From contig CAVREC010000002.1 in NCBI GenBank assembly GCA_963720045.1, positions 69,361 to 133,360 on the forward strand: DNA of 64,000 nt, read 5' to 3'. The notes under the pieces were generated by a model. The model was not told where the DNA came from. It did no database searches and saw only the letters and a program-made list of their open reading frames with translations. This document shows, piece after piece, positions 35,487-44,921 of this stretch. The position numbers and the translations under genes were made by a program. The first letter of the stretch is position 1. The number at the start of each line of letters is the position of its first letter. This DNA comes from an uncultured Actinomycetota bacterium. Lineage in GTDB: Bacteria; Actinomycetota; Thermoleophilia; Gaiellales; Gaiellaceae.

Positions 35487-36749
35487 TCAGTGGTGCAGCG
35501 CCGCAAGCGGCGTCGAGGCGACCCCTTCTGCCAGCGTGTCGCCGCCCGCGCTCGTGAAGTTGCCGCCCGCGTACAACTTGCTGCCGAGGGTCGCGAGCGC
35601 GAGGCCGTAGCCGACCCACGGGCCGTTCGCGCCGTTCGCTCCCAGGGCATGCCACGCGGTGCCGTCGAAGTAGGCGATCTGGTCGGCGTGGGGATCGCCG
35701 CCCGCATTCTGGAACGAGCCCGCCGCGAAGATCAACGAGCCGTAGTGAGCGAGGCCGTAGATGAACCCGGTGCTCGGAAACCAGCCGTCGGAGCCGGCCT
35801 TGTTCGCGCCGAGGGCGCTCCACGCCGAGCCGTTCCAGCGGGCGACGTGGTCGGCCTGGGCGATCCCGCCGATGTTCTTCGAGTCGGTGCCGACGTAGAG
35901 ATTCGAGCCGCTCGCGGTGAGGCTCCGGACGAAGTCGTCGATCGAGCCGCCGTTCGGTCCCGGGCCCGTTCCGAGCGCATGCCAGCTGCCGCCAGAGTAG
36001 GCGGCAAGGTCGTCCGCGCCGGGGACTCCGCCGAGGTTCGTGAACCCGCCGCCCGCATAGAGCGTCCCGTTGCTGGTTGCCGCAAGCGCGTAGACCGCGC
36101 CGCTGAAGTCCCCGTCTTTCTGCATCGTCGAGCTTGCGACCCCGGTCGTGAGGTTGCAGGCGAGCAGGTAGTCGGCCGAGTCGATGCCGGCGCCGTTTGC
36201 GAACGAGCCGCCGATGTAGAGCGTCGAGCCGACGATCTGGAGCGCGCTGACGCTCGCCGTCACGAGCGGCCCGGAAGAGGCGCACACGGGGCCCCACTTG
36301 ACCCCGTTCCACTCCGCGACGAAGTCGAGGTTCGGGTTGCCGCCGGCGTTCGTGAAGACACCGCCCACGATCAGCTTTCCGGGGCTATAGGCGATCGCGT
36401 GGACATCGCCGTTCAGGCTCGGCGAGCCGACGGCCGCCCACGTCGTGCCGTTCCAGCGGGCGAGATGGGACGCCTTCGGGTTGCCTCCGGCGCTTGTGAA
36501 GCTGCCGCCCGCAAAGAGAACTCCGGGATCCGAGGTGTTCAGCGCGTAGACCGCGCCGTTCAGCGACGAGGTGCCGGCCTTTCCCGCATCGCCGACGTGC
36601 GACCAGGCGACCGCGACCTTGGCCGGTGGCGCGGCGCCGGCGCGACCGGGTGCACCGGCCGAGAGAGCGAGAACGAGCAGTAGAGCCGCGAGGCCCTTGA
36701 CCGCCGTCGACCGAGTGGGCTTGCTCGAGCTAGGGCGCGACCGGTGCAT
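35487..36749 (-). CDS. secreted beta-propeller-type repeat protein
   Basis: Signal-like GLAALLLVLALSAGAPGRAGA. About 7 repeats of roughly 50 aa with the pattern LYAGGxFTxAGGxxAxxxAxWNGxxWxALG. GGAGG RBS. Confidence 0.7.
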   Translation of the reverse strand: MHRSRPSSSKPTRSTAVKGLAALLLVLALSAGAPGRAGAAPPAKVAVAWSHVGDAGKAGTSSLNGAVYALNTSDPGVLFAGGSFTSAGGNPKASHLARWNGTTWAAVGSPSLNGDVHAIAYSPGKLIVGGVFTNAGGNPNLDFVAEWNGVKWGPVCASSGPLVTASVSALQIVGSTLYIGGSFANGAGIDSADYLLACNLTTGVASSTMQKDGDFSGAVYALAATSNGTLYAGGGFTNLGGVPGADDLAAYSGGSWHALGTGPGPNGGSIDDFVRSLTASGSNLYVGTDSKNIGGIAQADHVARWNGSAWSALGANKAGSDGWFPSTGFIYGLAHYGSLIFAAGSFQNAGGDPHADQIAYFDGTAWHALGANGANGPWVGYGLALATLGSKLYAGGNFTSAGGDTLAEGVASTPLAALHH

Positions 36750-36927
36750 CGAAGCCTCCGTCCTGATTGGACCGGCGTCACCGGGATGGCGGCGCGGCTC
36801 GTGCGTTCGCTGCTCGTACCACCTAGCCTGATAGGGCAGTCGGAGAGGGTGCCTGCCTCGACGGCGTCCGCGCCAGGTCTGGGCGCAGACGGATTCTAGT
36901 ACAGGCCTCCGCGCGCCGTGAAGCGCC

Positions 36928-39675
36928 TCACCACTCGACGAGCTTCCAGATCTCTGGCTCCATCACGCCGTCTTCGCCGATCTCGGCGAAGATCATGACC
37001 GCCTGCTTCAGACGTTCGAGTGCTTCCTCGCGGCGGCCGGCGGCGTTCAGCAGATCGGCCGCATTGTTCGCGAGCGCCGCCTCACGGTGGCGATCGCCGA
37101 CTGCCGCGCAGAGGGCCAGCGCCTCCTCCGTGAGCTCGAGGGCGAGCTCGAGCTGGCCCTCGGCGCGGTAGGCGAGAGCCAGGTTGTTCAGCGCCGCGGC
37201 GCGCGCCGACGGGTCGCCCTCGGGTGAGAGCGCAAGGCTCTGCTCGAGCCGGCGCCGCGCCTCTGCGGGCTCGGCACGTCCCGTGGCGAGGATCCCGAGG
37301 ATGTTCAGAGCCTGGGCGAGAGCGCGGCGATCCTCGGCCGCGGCGGCGAGCTCGAGTGCCTGCTCGGCGAGCTGCTGTGCCTCGCCGTCGGCTCCCCGCC
37401 GGTGGGCGTTCAAGCTGCTGTCGGCGAGGACGCGCGCACGCTCGACATCGTCAGCTTCGGCGAGGGCGGCGAGGGCGCGCTCGAACGACGTGTCCGCGAG
37501 CTTCCACTCGCCGCGCCGGTGGTGGACGAGCCCGATGCGGTGCTCGAGCGATGCGAGGTGCTCCGGCTCGGCCAGAGCCGCTGCTGCCTCGAAGCTCGCG
37601 AGCGCGCCGCCGTAGTCGCCCGCCAGCGTGAGCAGGTCACCGACCTGCTCGTGGATGAGCGCCGGCTCGGGATGGCCGAGAGCGAGCGCCTCTCCGAGAT
37701 AAGCGAGCGCCTCGGCGTTCGCATAGAGATCGCGCGCCCGTTCCCCCGCGAGGCGGTACCACTCGGCGGCGTCGGTCTCACGCCCCGCGAGGCGAAGGTG
37801 CTGCGCCACCGTCCCCGCCAGCCCCGGGGCCTCGGCGCGTGCGGACAAGGTCTCGGCGGCGCGGCCGTGCAGGAGGCGGCGCCGTCCCCGGCTCGTCCGC
37901 TCGTAGGCGACTCGCCGCGACTGCTCGTGCCGGAAGTCGTAGGCGCCGTCGGTCTCGGCGAGGAGGCCGCGGCCGGTGAGCTCCTCGAGCGCGACCACCG
38001 TCTCCTCCTCGCCGCGCCCGCTGACGTCGCGCACCGTCTCGTGGGTGAACGACCGCCCGATCACGGCTCCGGCGGCCAGCACCTGGCCCGCTAGCTCGCC
38101 ACTCGAGGCGATTCGCGCCTCGAGTACCTCGCGCACACCCGGCGGCACGGGCCAGTCCGGACCGGCGTCGGCGAGGACGTCGAGGTACTCGACGACGAAG
38201 AACGGAATGCCCTGCGTCTCCTCGAAGAGCCGGGCGGCCAGCTCGTCGCCCGCTCCGGCTGCTCGCGCGAGCGCGGCGACCTCATCGGCATCGAGCCGCT
38301 CCGGCGCGATCGTCCGGCCGAGCCCCTCGCGGGCGGCGTCGGCGAGGACGCGGCGGGCGGGATGTCCGGGCGGTGTCTCCTCGGGCCGCCAGGCCACAGC
38401 GAGCAGAACAGGGTTGCCGCGCAGTCGGCGCGCAAGGTAGGCGAGCGCCTCGAGCGAGGGCGGGTCGGCCCAGTGCAGGTCGTCGACGAACAGCAGCGCG
38501 GGCTTCTTCCCCGCCACCGCGGCGAGGACGGCGCGCCCGATCCCGTCGAAGAAGCGGGCCTGCGCGCCGGGATCGTCGAGCGACGGTGTCGGCGGCGTCC
38601 CGAGCTCGGGCACGATCCGCGCCGCCTCGGCGGCCGCGGCCGGGTCGATCGCCTCCCGGTTGCCCTCGTGAACGGCGCCGCGAACGAGCTCCATCGCGGT
38701 TCCGAAGGCGAGCCCGGCTTCGTGCTCGAAGCAGCGGACGCCCACCGTGATCGCGCCGTTCGCGCGCGCCCAGGCGAGGAGCTCGTCACCGAGGCGCGTC
38801 TTGCCGATCCCGGTTTCACCTTCGATTGCGACGAGGAGCCCGTCGGGCCCGACGGCTCCGTAGGCGTCGCGGAGCGCGCGCCACTCGTTCGAGCGTCCGA
38901 CGAGAGCGTGCTCTGCGCGCTCGCCGGGCGGCTCCGGCGCCTGCTCCGTGGACTCGCCGACCTCGCCTTCGAGAATCGCGCGATAGAGCGAGGTCGTGCT
39001 CTCGATCGGCGCCACCCCGAGCTCGCGGTAGAGGACGCGCACGCAGTCGCGGTACTGCCCGACGGCTGCGTTCCGCTCGCCGTTTCCGGCGTAGAGCTCG
39101 ATCAGCCGGCGGTGCGCGGGCTCGTGCAGCGGATCGAGTGCGAGCCGCCGCCGCGCGTGCTCGATTGCCGCCCCCGGCTCGTCGCAAGCGGCTCGTTCGT
39201 CGGCGGCCCGGTCGAGGAGCGCGCCGAGCTCGCGTGCGAGCGTCGCGGCGCGGAACGACTGCCAGGCGTCGAACGCGGCGCTGTCACGGAGCCCGAAACC
39301 GGCGAGGAACGGGCCGCGGTGGAGGGCGGCGGCCCCCTCGATTGCCTCGAGGCTCCCCCCGGCGGCAAGCCGGCGCGCTTCGTCCACGTCGAGCCAAACG
39401 CCGTCCGGGTCGAGCGAGACCGAGTCGCGTTGGACGACGACCCATCGCGCGCCGAGCGCGGCACGCAGTGTCGAGAGCGTCCGGCGCAGAGCCGCGCGCG
39501 CCCGCTCGCCGTCGTAGTCCGGCCAGAGCAGCCCGGCGAGCGAATCGCGGTTGTGCGCCCCGCCTTCGACAGCGAGATAGGCGAGGAGCGCAGTGGCCTT
39601 GCGGGTATCCACCGCGAGCGGCACGCCGTCCACCTCGGCCGTCGCGGTGCCGAGGAACAGGAGTCGCAGTCCCAC
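36928..39675 (-). CDS. large BTAD (SARP-like) + NB-ARC/AAA ATPase + TPR regulator
   Basis: The N-terminal winged-helix/BTAD region is LLAYLAVEGGAHNRDSLAGLLWPD...LALDPLHEPAHRRLIELYAGNGERNAAVGQYRDCVRVLYRELGVAP. The P-loop is IEGETGIGKTRL. The C-terminal part carries TPR-like repeats. GTG start. Confidence 0.85.
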   Translation of the reverse strand: MGLRLLFLGTATAEVDGVPLAVDTRKATALLAYLAVEGGAHNRDSLAGLLWPDYDGERARAALRRTLSTLRAALGARWVVVQRDSVSLDPDGVWLDVDEARRLAAGGSLEAIEGAAALHRGPFLAGFGLRDSAAFDAWQSFRAATLARELGALLDRAADERAACDEPGAAIEHARRRLALDPLHEPAHRRLIELYAGNGERNAAVGQYRDCVRVLYRELGVAPIESTTSLYRAILEGEVGESTEQAPEPPGERAEHALVGRSNEWRALRDAYGAVGPDGLLVAIEGETGIGKTRLGDELLAWARANGAITVGVRCFEHEAGLAFGTAMELVRGAVHEGNREAIDPAAAAEAARIVPELGTPPTPSLDDPGAQARFFDGIGRAVLAAVAGKKPALLFVDDLHWADPPSLEALAYLARRLRGNPVLLAVAWRPEETPPGHPARRVLADAAREGLGRTIAPERLDADEVAALARAAGAGDELAARLFEETQGIPFFVVEYLDVLADAGPDWPVPPGVREVLEARIASSGELAGQVLAAGAVIGRSFTHETVRDVSGRGEEETVVALEELTGRGLLAETDGAYDFRHEQSRRVAYERTSRGRRRLLHGRAAETLSARAEAPGLAGTVAQHLRLAGRETDAAEWYRLAGERARDLYANAEALAYLGEALALGHPEPALIHEQVGDLLTLAGDYGGALASFEAAAALAEPEHLASLEHRIGLVHHRRGEWKLADTSFERALAALAEADDVERARVLADSSLNAHRRGADGEAQQLAEQALELAAAAEDRRALAQALNILGILATGRAEPAEARRRLEQSLALSPEGDPSARAAALNNLALAYRAEGQLELALELTEEALALCAAVGDRHREAALANNAADLLNAAGRREEALERLKQAVMIFAEIGEDGVMEPEIWKLVEW

Positions 39676-39762
39676 CGGTCGGATCGTAGTTGCAACGGGC
39701 TTGCGGTCGACTTCGATTCCGTAACGTTCTCGGGACGCTTCGTGTTGTAGAACAGCGCTGAC

Positions 39763-41349
39763 ATGGCCTCCCGGATTACCCGTCTCGTGCGGCGCACCGG
39801 TTCCGCGGAGCCGGCGGCTGCCCCCGACGGCCCGTCGGTCGCGGCGTCGTTCCCGGAGCTCGAGCAGCTCGAGATCGCGCCCAACGACCCGATCGTGGCG
39901 TTCTTCCAGGGTGCTTCCGGCCCGGTTGCGATTGCCGGGCTCGAGATGGACTCGCCGGCCCTCGTTCAGCTACGCGAGGCCGGCGTCGAGCTCGTCGCAC
40001 CGCTCGTGAGCCAGGGTGAGCTCGTCGGCGTCTTGAACCTCGGGCCTCGCCTGTCGGGGCAGGAGTACTCGAGCGACGACCGCAAGCTGCTCGACTCGCT
40101 CGCCGCGCAGGCCGCGCCGGCGCTCCAGGTAGCCCAGCTCGTCCGGCGCCAGGAGGCCGAGGCCCGGTCGCGGGAGCGAATCGAGCAGGAGCTTCGTGTC
40201 GCGACGCTGATCCAGCAGAACTTCCTGCCGAAATCGCTTCCGGACAAGCCGGGATGGCGCGTCGCAGCGCATTACCGCCCCGCGCGGGAGGTCGGCGGTG
40301 ACTTCTACGACTTCCTCGACCTCGCCGACGGCCGGCTCGGGATCGTGATCGGCGATGTCACCGACAAGGGCGTGCCGGCGGCGATGGTGATGGCCGCGAC
40401 CCGCAGCGTGCTGCGTGCGTCCGCCCAGCGGATGGTTTCGCCGGGCCTCGTGCTCGAGCGCGTCAATGACCTGATGTGCCCGGACATGCCCCCGAAGATG
40501 TTCGTCACGTGCCTCTACGGTGTGCTCGATCTCAAGTCCGGCCGGCTCGTGTTCGCGAACGCTGGGCACAACCTGCCCTACGTGCGAACGGGCTCGGGCA
40601 CGGTCGAGCTCCGTGCAACCGGGATGCCGCTCGGGCTGATCCCAGGGATCGAATACGAGGAGACCGAGGCCGTGCTCGATCCCGGCCAGACGATGCTCCT
40701 GCACTCCGACGGCGTCGCAGAGGCGCACGGGGACGGCCGTGAGATGTTCGGCTTCCCGCGTCTGATGGATGTCGTCGGCGCGCGCCGTGGGAACGGCGAC
40801 GTGATCGGACGCGTGCTCGCGGAGCTCGACCGATTCACCCCGGATGGGTGGGAGCAGGAGGACGACATCACGCTCGTGACCCTCACCCGCGAGTCTGCCG
40901 GATCGGTGCCGGAGCTCGACGTGATGTTCTCGATCCCGAGCGTCCCCGGCACCGAGCGTCAGGCCGCCGAACGGGTCATCGAGGCGATCTCTGCGGTCGG
41001 CCTTGCGCCCGCCCGGGCAGAGAAGCTGAAGACGGCCGTCGCCGAGGCGACGATGAACGCGATCGAGCACGGCAACGAGTCGAACGCAGAGCTGGCGGTC
41101 GAGATCGCCGTTCACGCAGACGGGGAGCGCATGACCGTGAGGATCACCGACCGCGGCGGCGAGCGGCCGGTTACCGAGGCCGAGACACCAGATCTCGAGG
41201 CCAAGCTCGAGGGGCTGCAGAAGTCACGCGGCTGGGGCCTCTTCCTGATCCGGAACATGGTCGACGACGTCAGCGTCGAGACCGACGGATCCGACCACAC
41301 GATCGAGCTCGTGATGGAGCTCGAGGAGGGCGATCATGAACACGACTGA
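39763..41349 (+). CDS. GAF + PP2C (SpoIIE-type) phosphatase fused to an RsbW-like anti-sigma kinase (HATPase) domain
   Basis: GAF-like SQGELVGVLNLGPRLSGQEYSSDDRKLL. PP2C YRPAREVGGDFYDF..GIVIGDVTDKGVPAAM. C-terminal AVAEATMNAIEHGN...SRGWGLFLIRNMVDDV. Confidence 0.85.
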   Translation: MASRITRLVRRTGSAEPAAAPDGPSVAASFPELEQLEIAPNDPIVAFFQGASGPVAIAGLEMDSPALVQLREAGVELVAPLVSQGELVGVLNLGPRLSGQEYSSDDRKLLDSLAAQAAPALQVAQLVRRQEAEARSRERIEQELRVATLIQQNFLPKSLPDKPGWRVAAHYRPAREVGGDFYDFLDLADGRLGIVIGDVTDKGVPAAMVMAATRSVLRASAQRMVSPGLVLERVNDLMCPDMPPKMFVTCLYGVLDLKSGRLVFANAGHNLPYVRTGSGTVELRATGMPLGLIPGIEYEETEAVLDPGQTMLLHSDGVAEAHGDGREMFGFPRLMDVVGARRGNGDVIGRVLAELDRFTPDGWEQEDDITLVTLTRESAGSVPELDVMFSIPSVPGTERQAAERVIEAISAVGLAPARAEKLKTAVAEATMNAIEHGNESNAELAVEIAVHADGERMTVRITDRGGERPVTEAETPDLEAKLEGLQKSRGWGLFLIRNMVDDVSVETDGSDHTIELVMELEEGDHEHD

Positions 41350-41674
41350 GTTCGCGGCGCAGGTCAGGCACGACGACGGGGTCGCGGTGATCGCCCTCTC
41401 CGGGCAGATCAGCGGGGCAGCCGAGGGCGGGATCCAGGCGGCCTACGCCGGCCTGGCAGGGGAGCCGAAGGTTCTCCTCGACTTCTCGGGGGTGGACTAC
41501 ATCAACTCGACGGGGATCGCGGTGATCGTCGGGATCCTCGCCGAGGCCCGCAAGAACGGACAGACCCTCGAGGCCGGCGGCCTTGCAGAGCACTACCGGG
41601 AGATCTTCCGCATCACGCGGCTCTCGGACTTCATGACCATTCTCGACGACCCCATTCTCGACAGCAGGGAGTAA
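41336..41674 (+). CDS. STAS-domain anti-sigma-factor antagonist
   Basis: VLLDFSGVDYINSTGIAVIVGIL..FRITRLSDF. Overlaps the upstream gene by 14 nt. Confidence 0.85.
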   Translation: MNTTEFAAQVRHDDGVAVIALSGQISGAAEGGIQAAYAGLAGEPKVLLDFSGVDYINSTGIAVIVGILAEARKNGQTLEAGGLAEHYREIFRITRLSDFMTILDDPILDSRE

Positions 41675-41681
41675 AGCGGCG

Positions 41682-42032
41682 ATGACTGAAGACGGGATGA
41701 CGGTGCGCCATCCGGACCCCGGTGTCAGCGTGATCGAGATCCACGGCGACCTGACCGCGGGATCCGAAGAGGCGCTGATGGCGGCCTATACGGAGGCGAC
41801 CGAAGGCGAAGTACGCGTTGTGCTTCTTGACTTTGCGGAGCTCGAGTACATGAACTCGGGTGGGATCGGGCTGCTCGTGACGCTGCTCGTCCGCGCGAAC
41901 CGGCTGAAGCAGCGGCTCCTCGCCTGCGGCCTCTCAGACCACTACAAGCAGATCCTCGAGCTGACCCGGCTCGACGAGGCGATCTCGATCTACGACGACG
42001 AGGCCGAGGCGCTGGCCGCGTCGGCGGCATAG
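41682..42032 (+). CDS. STAS-domain anti-sigma-factor antagonist (second copy)
   Basis: VLLDFAELEYMNSGGIGLLVTLL..LELTRLDEAISIY. Confidence 0.85.
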   Translation: MTEDGMTVRHPDPGVSVIEIHGDLTAGSEEALMAAYTEATEGEVRVVLLDFAELEYMNSGGIGLLVTLLVRANRLKQRLLACGLSDHYKQILELTRLDEAISIYDDEAEALAASAA

Positions 42033-42041
42033 GAGGCTCTG

Positions 42042-42758
42042 ATGGGCGAAAAGCAGACACGCGACGAAGCGAACTGGGCGAAGCCGGTCGATCGGCTCGA
42101 GGCGTCGCACGTTCCGGACGGGGCGCTGAACACGGTCGGCGGCAAGCAGGTGCTCTCGCCGATCCAGGGCTTCGGGAAGATGTGGCAGAAGACCTACACG
42201 ATCACGCTTGCCGGCTGCGAGGCAACCCCGCAGGAAGTGGTGGCCGCCTGGAAAGCAGAGTTTCCGGCGTTCTGGCCGAAGGGGAACCGCTTCTACGCTC
42301 CGCTCACCGGGATCGAGCCGGGAGAGGTGGCGCTGATCCAGGGCTCGGTCGGTGGCGGCCTCAAGCTCTCGACCGGCGTCTTCGTGCTCTACGCGGACGA
42401 GGAGTCGTTCACCTTCATGACGCCGCAGGGGCACGTCTTCGCGGGGTGGGTTACGTTCAGCGCGTTCTCCCAGGACGGCGTGACGGTGGCGCAGGCGCAG
42501 ATCCTGATGAGGGCACAGGATCCACTGACCGAGATGGGCCTGACTCTCGGCGGCCACCGCAAGGAGAACGCCTTCTGGGCCGCGACCCTGGAGGCGCTGG
42601 CTCGGCGCTTCGATGTGGAGGCCGAGCCGGAGACGAGGATCGTCTGCATCGACCGGCGGCGGCAGTGGTCGCGCGCAGGGAACGTACGGCACAACGCGGG
42701 GTTCAGGTCGGGCGTGCACAGCGTCACCTCGACCTTCCGGAAGAGCCCCGACGGGTAG
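42042..42758 (+). CDS. conserved hypothetical protein (possibly DUF1990-like)
   Basis: Non-repetitive, protein-like composition. AGGAGG RBS. The segment VFVLYADEESFTFMTPQGHVFAGWVTFSAF resembles DUF1990 from memory only. Confidence 0.55.
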   Translation: MGEKQTRDEANWAKPVDRLEASHVPDGALNTVGGKQVLSPIQGFGKMWQKTYTITLAGCEATPQEVVAAWKAEFPAFWPKGNRFYAPLTGIEPGEVALIQGSVGGGLKLSTGVFVLYADEESFTFMTPQGHVFAGWVTFSAFSQDGVTVAQAQILMRAQDPLTEMGLTLGGHRKENAFWAATLEALARRFDVEAEPETRIVCIDRRRQWSRAGNVRHNAGFRSGVHSVTSTFRKSPDG

Positions 42759-42770
42759 CGTCTAACCCGG

Positions 42771-44178
42771 ATGCCGGATGCGATCGTCGTCGGTTCGGGG
42801 CCGAACGGGCTCGCCGCGGCGATTGTTCTGGCTCGTGCGGGACGCTCGGTGAGCCTGCTCGAGGCCGAGGAGACTGTCGGCGGCGGCTGCCGCTCGGCAG
42901 AGCTGACCCTGCCGGGGTTCGTGCACGACGTCTGTGCGGCGGTGCACCCGCTGGCCGTGGCTTCGCCGTTCATGCGCTCGGTGCCGCTCGAGCGGCATGG
43001 GGTGGACTGGATCCATTCGCCGGCGGCGCTCGCGCATCCCTTCGACGACGGGACTGCGGCGCTGCTTCTTCGGTCCGTGGACGAGACCGCGGCGGGGCTC
43101 GGTGAGGACGCGGCGCGCTACCGCCGGCTGATGGCTCCGCTCGTCGAGCGCGCAGATCTGCTGCTCGACGAGTTGCTCGCGCCGATCCGGGTGCCCCGGA
43201 GTCCGGGGACGATGGCGCGCTTCTCGGCGCGGGCGGCGCTGCCTGCGAGCGTCCTTGCGCGGCGTTCGTTTCGCGGCGCCGCACGCGCGCGGTCTCTTCG
43301 CCGGGCTCGCGGCCCATTCGATGCTGCCGCTCACCCGGCTCCCGTCCGCCGCGTTCGGGCTCGTGCTCGGAGTGCTGGCGCATTCGGTCGGCTGGCCGTT
43401 CGCGCGCGGCGGCTCCCAGCGGATCGCCGACGGGCTCGTCTCCTACCTCGAGTCGCTGGACGGCGAGGTCGAAACGGGCCGACGCGTGGCCGGGCTGGCC
43501 GAGCTCGGGGCGCTGCGGCCCGCGCTGTTCGACGTCTCCCCCCGCTCGCTCGTCGAGATCGCGGGGGGTGCGCTTCCGTCCGGCTACCGGCGGAAGCTCG
43601 AGCGGTTCCGCTACGGCCCGGGCGTCTTCAAGCTCGACTGGGCCCTCGACGGGCCGATCCCGTGGCGCGCGGCTGAGTGCGCGAGCGCGGCGACCGTCCA
43701 TCTGGGCGCGACGCTCGAGGAGATCGTCGCTTCCGAGCGAGAGCCCTGGCGGGGCGGGATCTCGGAGCGGCCCTTCGTGCTGCTGGCCCAGCAGACGCTC
43801 TTCGATCCCTCGCGGGCGCCGGCGGGGAAGCACACGGCGTGGGCCTACTGCCACGTCCCGAACGGGTCGCCGGTGGACATGACAGAACGGATCGAGGCGC
43901 AGGTGGAGCGGTTCGCGCCCGGGTTCCGGGAGCTCGTGATCGGGCGCTCGGCGATGGGCCCGGCGGAACTGGAGGCCCACAATTCGAACTACGTGGGCGG
44001 AGACATCAATGGGGGCGCGGCCGATCTGCGGCAGACGCTCGCGCGGCCGGCGTTGGGCGCCTCGCCCTACGCGAGCCCGCTCCCCGGCGTCTTTCTCTGC
44101 TCGGCCTCGACCCCGCCTGGCGGGGGCGTTCACGGCATGTGCGGCTTCCACGCGGCGCGGGGGGCGTTGCGCTCGTGA
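42771..44178 (+). pseudogene. FAD-dependent oxidoreductase (phytoene-desaturase/CrtI-like family), split by one frameshift near 43260
   Basis: Dinucleotide-binding N-terminus AIVVGSGPNGLAAAIVLARAGRSVSLLEAEETVGGG in ORF 42771... The remainder (HARGLFAGLAAHSMLPL...FLCSASTPPGGGVHGMCG) is in ORF 43255..44178 in another frame. Confidence 0.7.
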
Positions 44179-44921
44179 TGCGGCCGAGGTTCGATCAGCG
44201 GCGGCTCTCGTTCGGCCCTGCCGCCTCGTTGTACGACGAGATCCGCCCCTCGTATCCGCCGGCGGCGGCGCGCTTCATCCTCGGAGACGTTCCTCTCCGG
44301 GTCGTCGATCTCGGCGCCGGGACCGGAAAGTTCAGCCGCGTCCTCGCGGCACTTGGCCACGACGTGATTGCGATCGAGCCCGACGCCGGAATGCGCGCCG
44401 TGCTCGAAGAGGCCTCCCCCGGGGTGACGGCCGCCGCCGGCTCGGCGGAGTCGATGCCGCTTGCCGATGCAAGCGTCGACGCCGTTGTCGCCGCGCAGTC
44501 GTTCCACTGGTTTGCCAACGACCTGGCGCGCGACGAGATCGCTCGGGTCGTCCGCGTCGGCGGCGTCTTCGGCCCGCTCTGGAACGTTCGCGACGACTCC
44601 GTGCCGTGGGTTGCCGAGCTCACGCGGAGCGTCCTTCAGGGCGACGGCTCGAGCTCCGTCGAAGCCTTCGAGAGCAATGACTTCGGTCCGGCGTTCCCGT
44701 CTCGCGAGCGGGCGGAGTTCCGCTTCAGCGTCGAGCACACGACCGCGACGCTCGTCGATCTCGTCAAGAGCAGGTCGAAGTACCTCACGGGCGACGAGCG
44801 GACGCGCCTGCAGATGGTCGCTGCGACAGAGGCGGTCACTGCCGGCCTTCCCCAGCCGTTCGAGCTTCCGTACACGACGATCGCCTTCCGCGCCGTCCGC
44901 GTCTCGGCTGTCAGGCCGTGA
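44178..44921 (+). CDS. class I SAM-dependent methyltransferase
   Basis: VVDLGAGTGKFSRVLAALGHDVIAIEPD..ADASVDAVVAAQSFHWF. ATG at 44178 overlaps the upstream stop. Confidence 0.8.
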   Translation: MRPRFDQRRLSFGPAASLYDEIRPSYPPAAARFILGDVPLRVVDLGAGTGKFSRVLAALGHDVIAIEPDAGMRAVLEEASPGVTAAAGSAESMPLADASVDAVVAAQSFHWFANDLARDEIARVVRVGGVFGPLWNVRDDSVPWVAELTRSVLQGDGSSSVEAFESNDFGPAFPSRERAEFRFSVEHTTATLVDLVKSRSKYLTGDERTRLQMVAATEAVTAGLPQPFELPYTTIAFRAVRVSAVRP

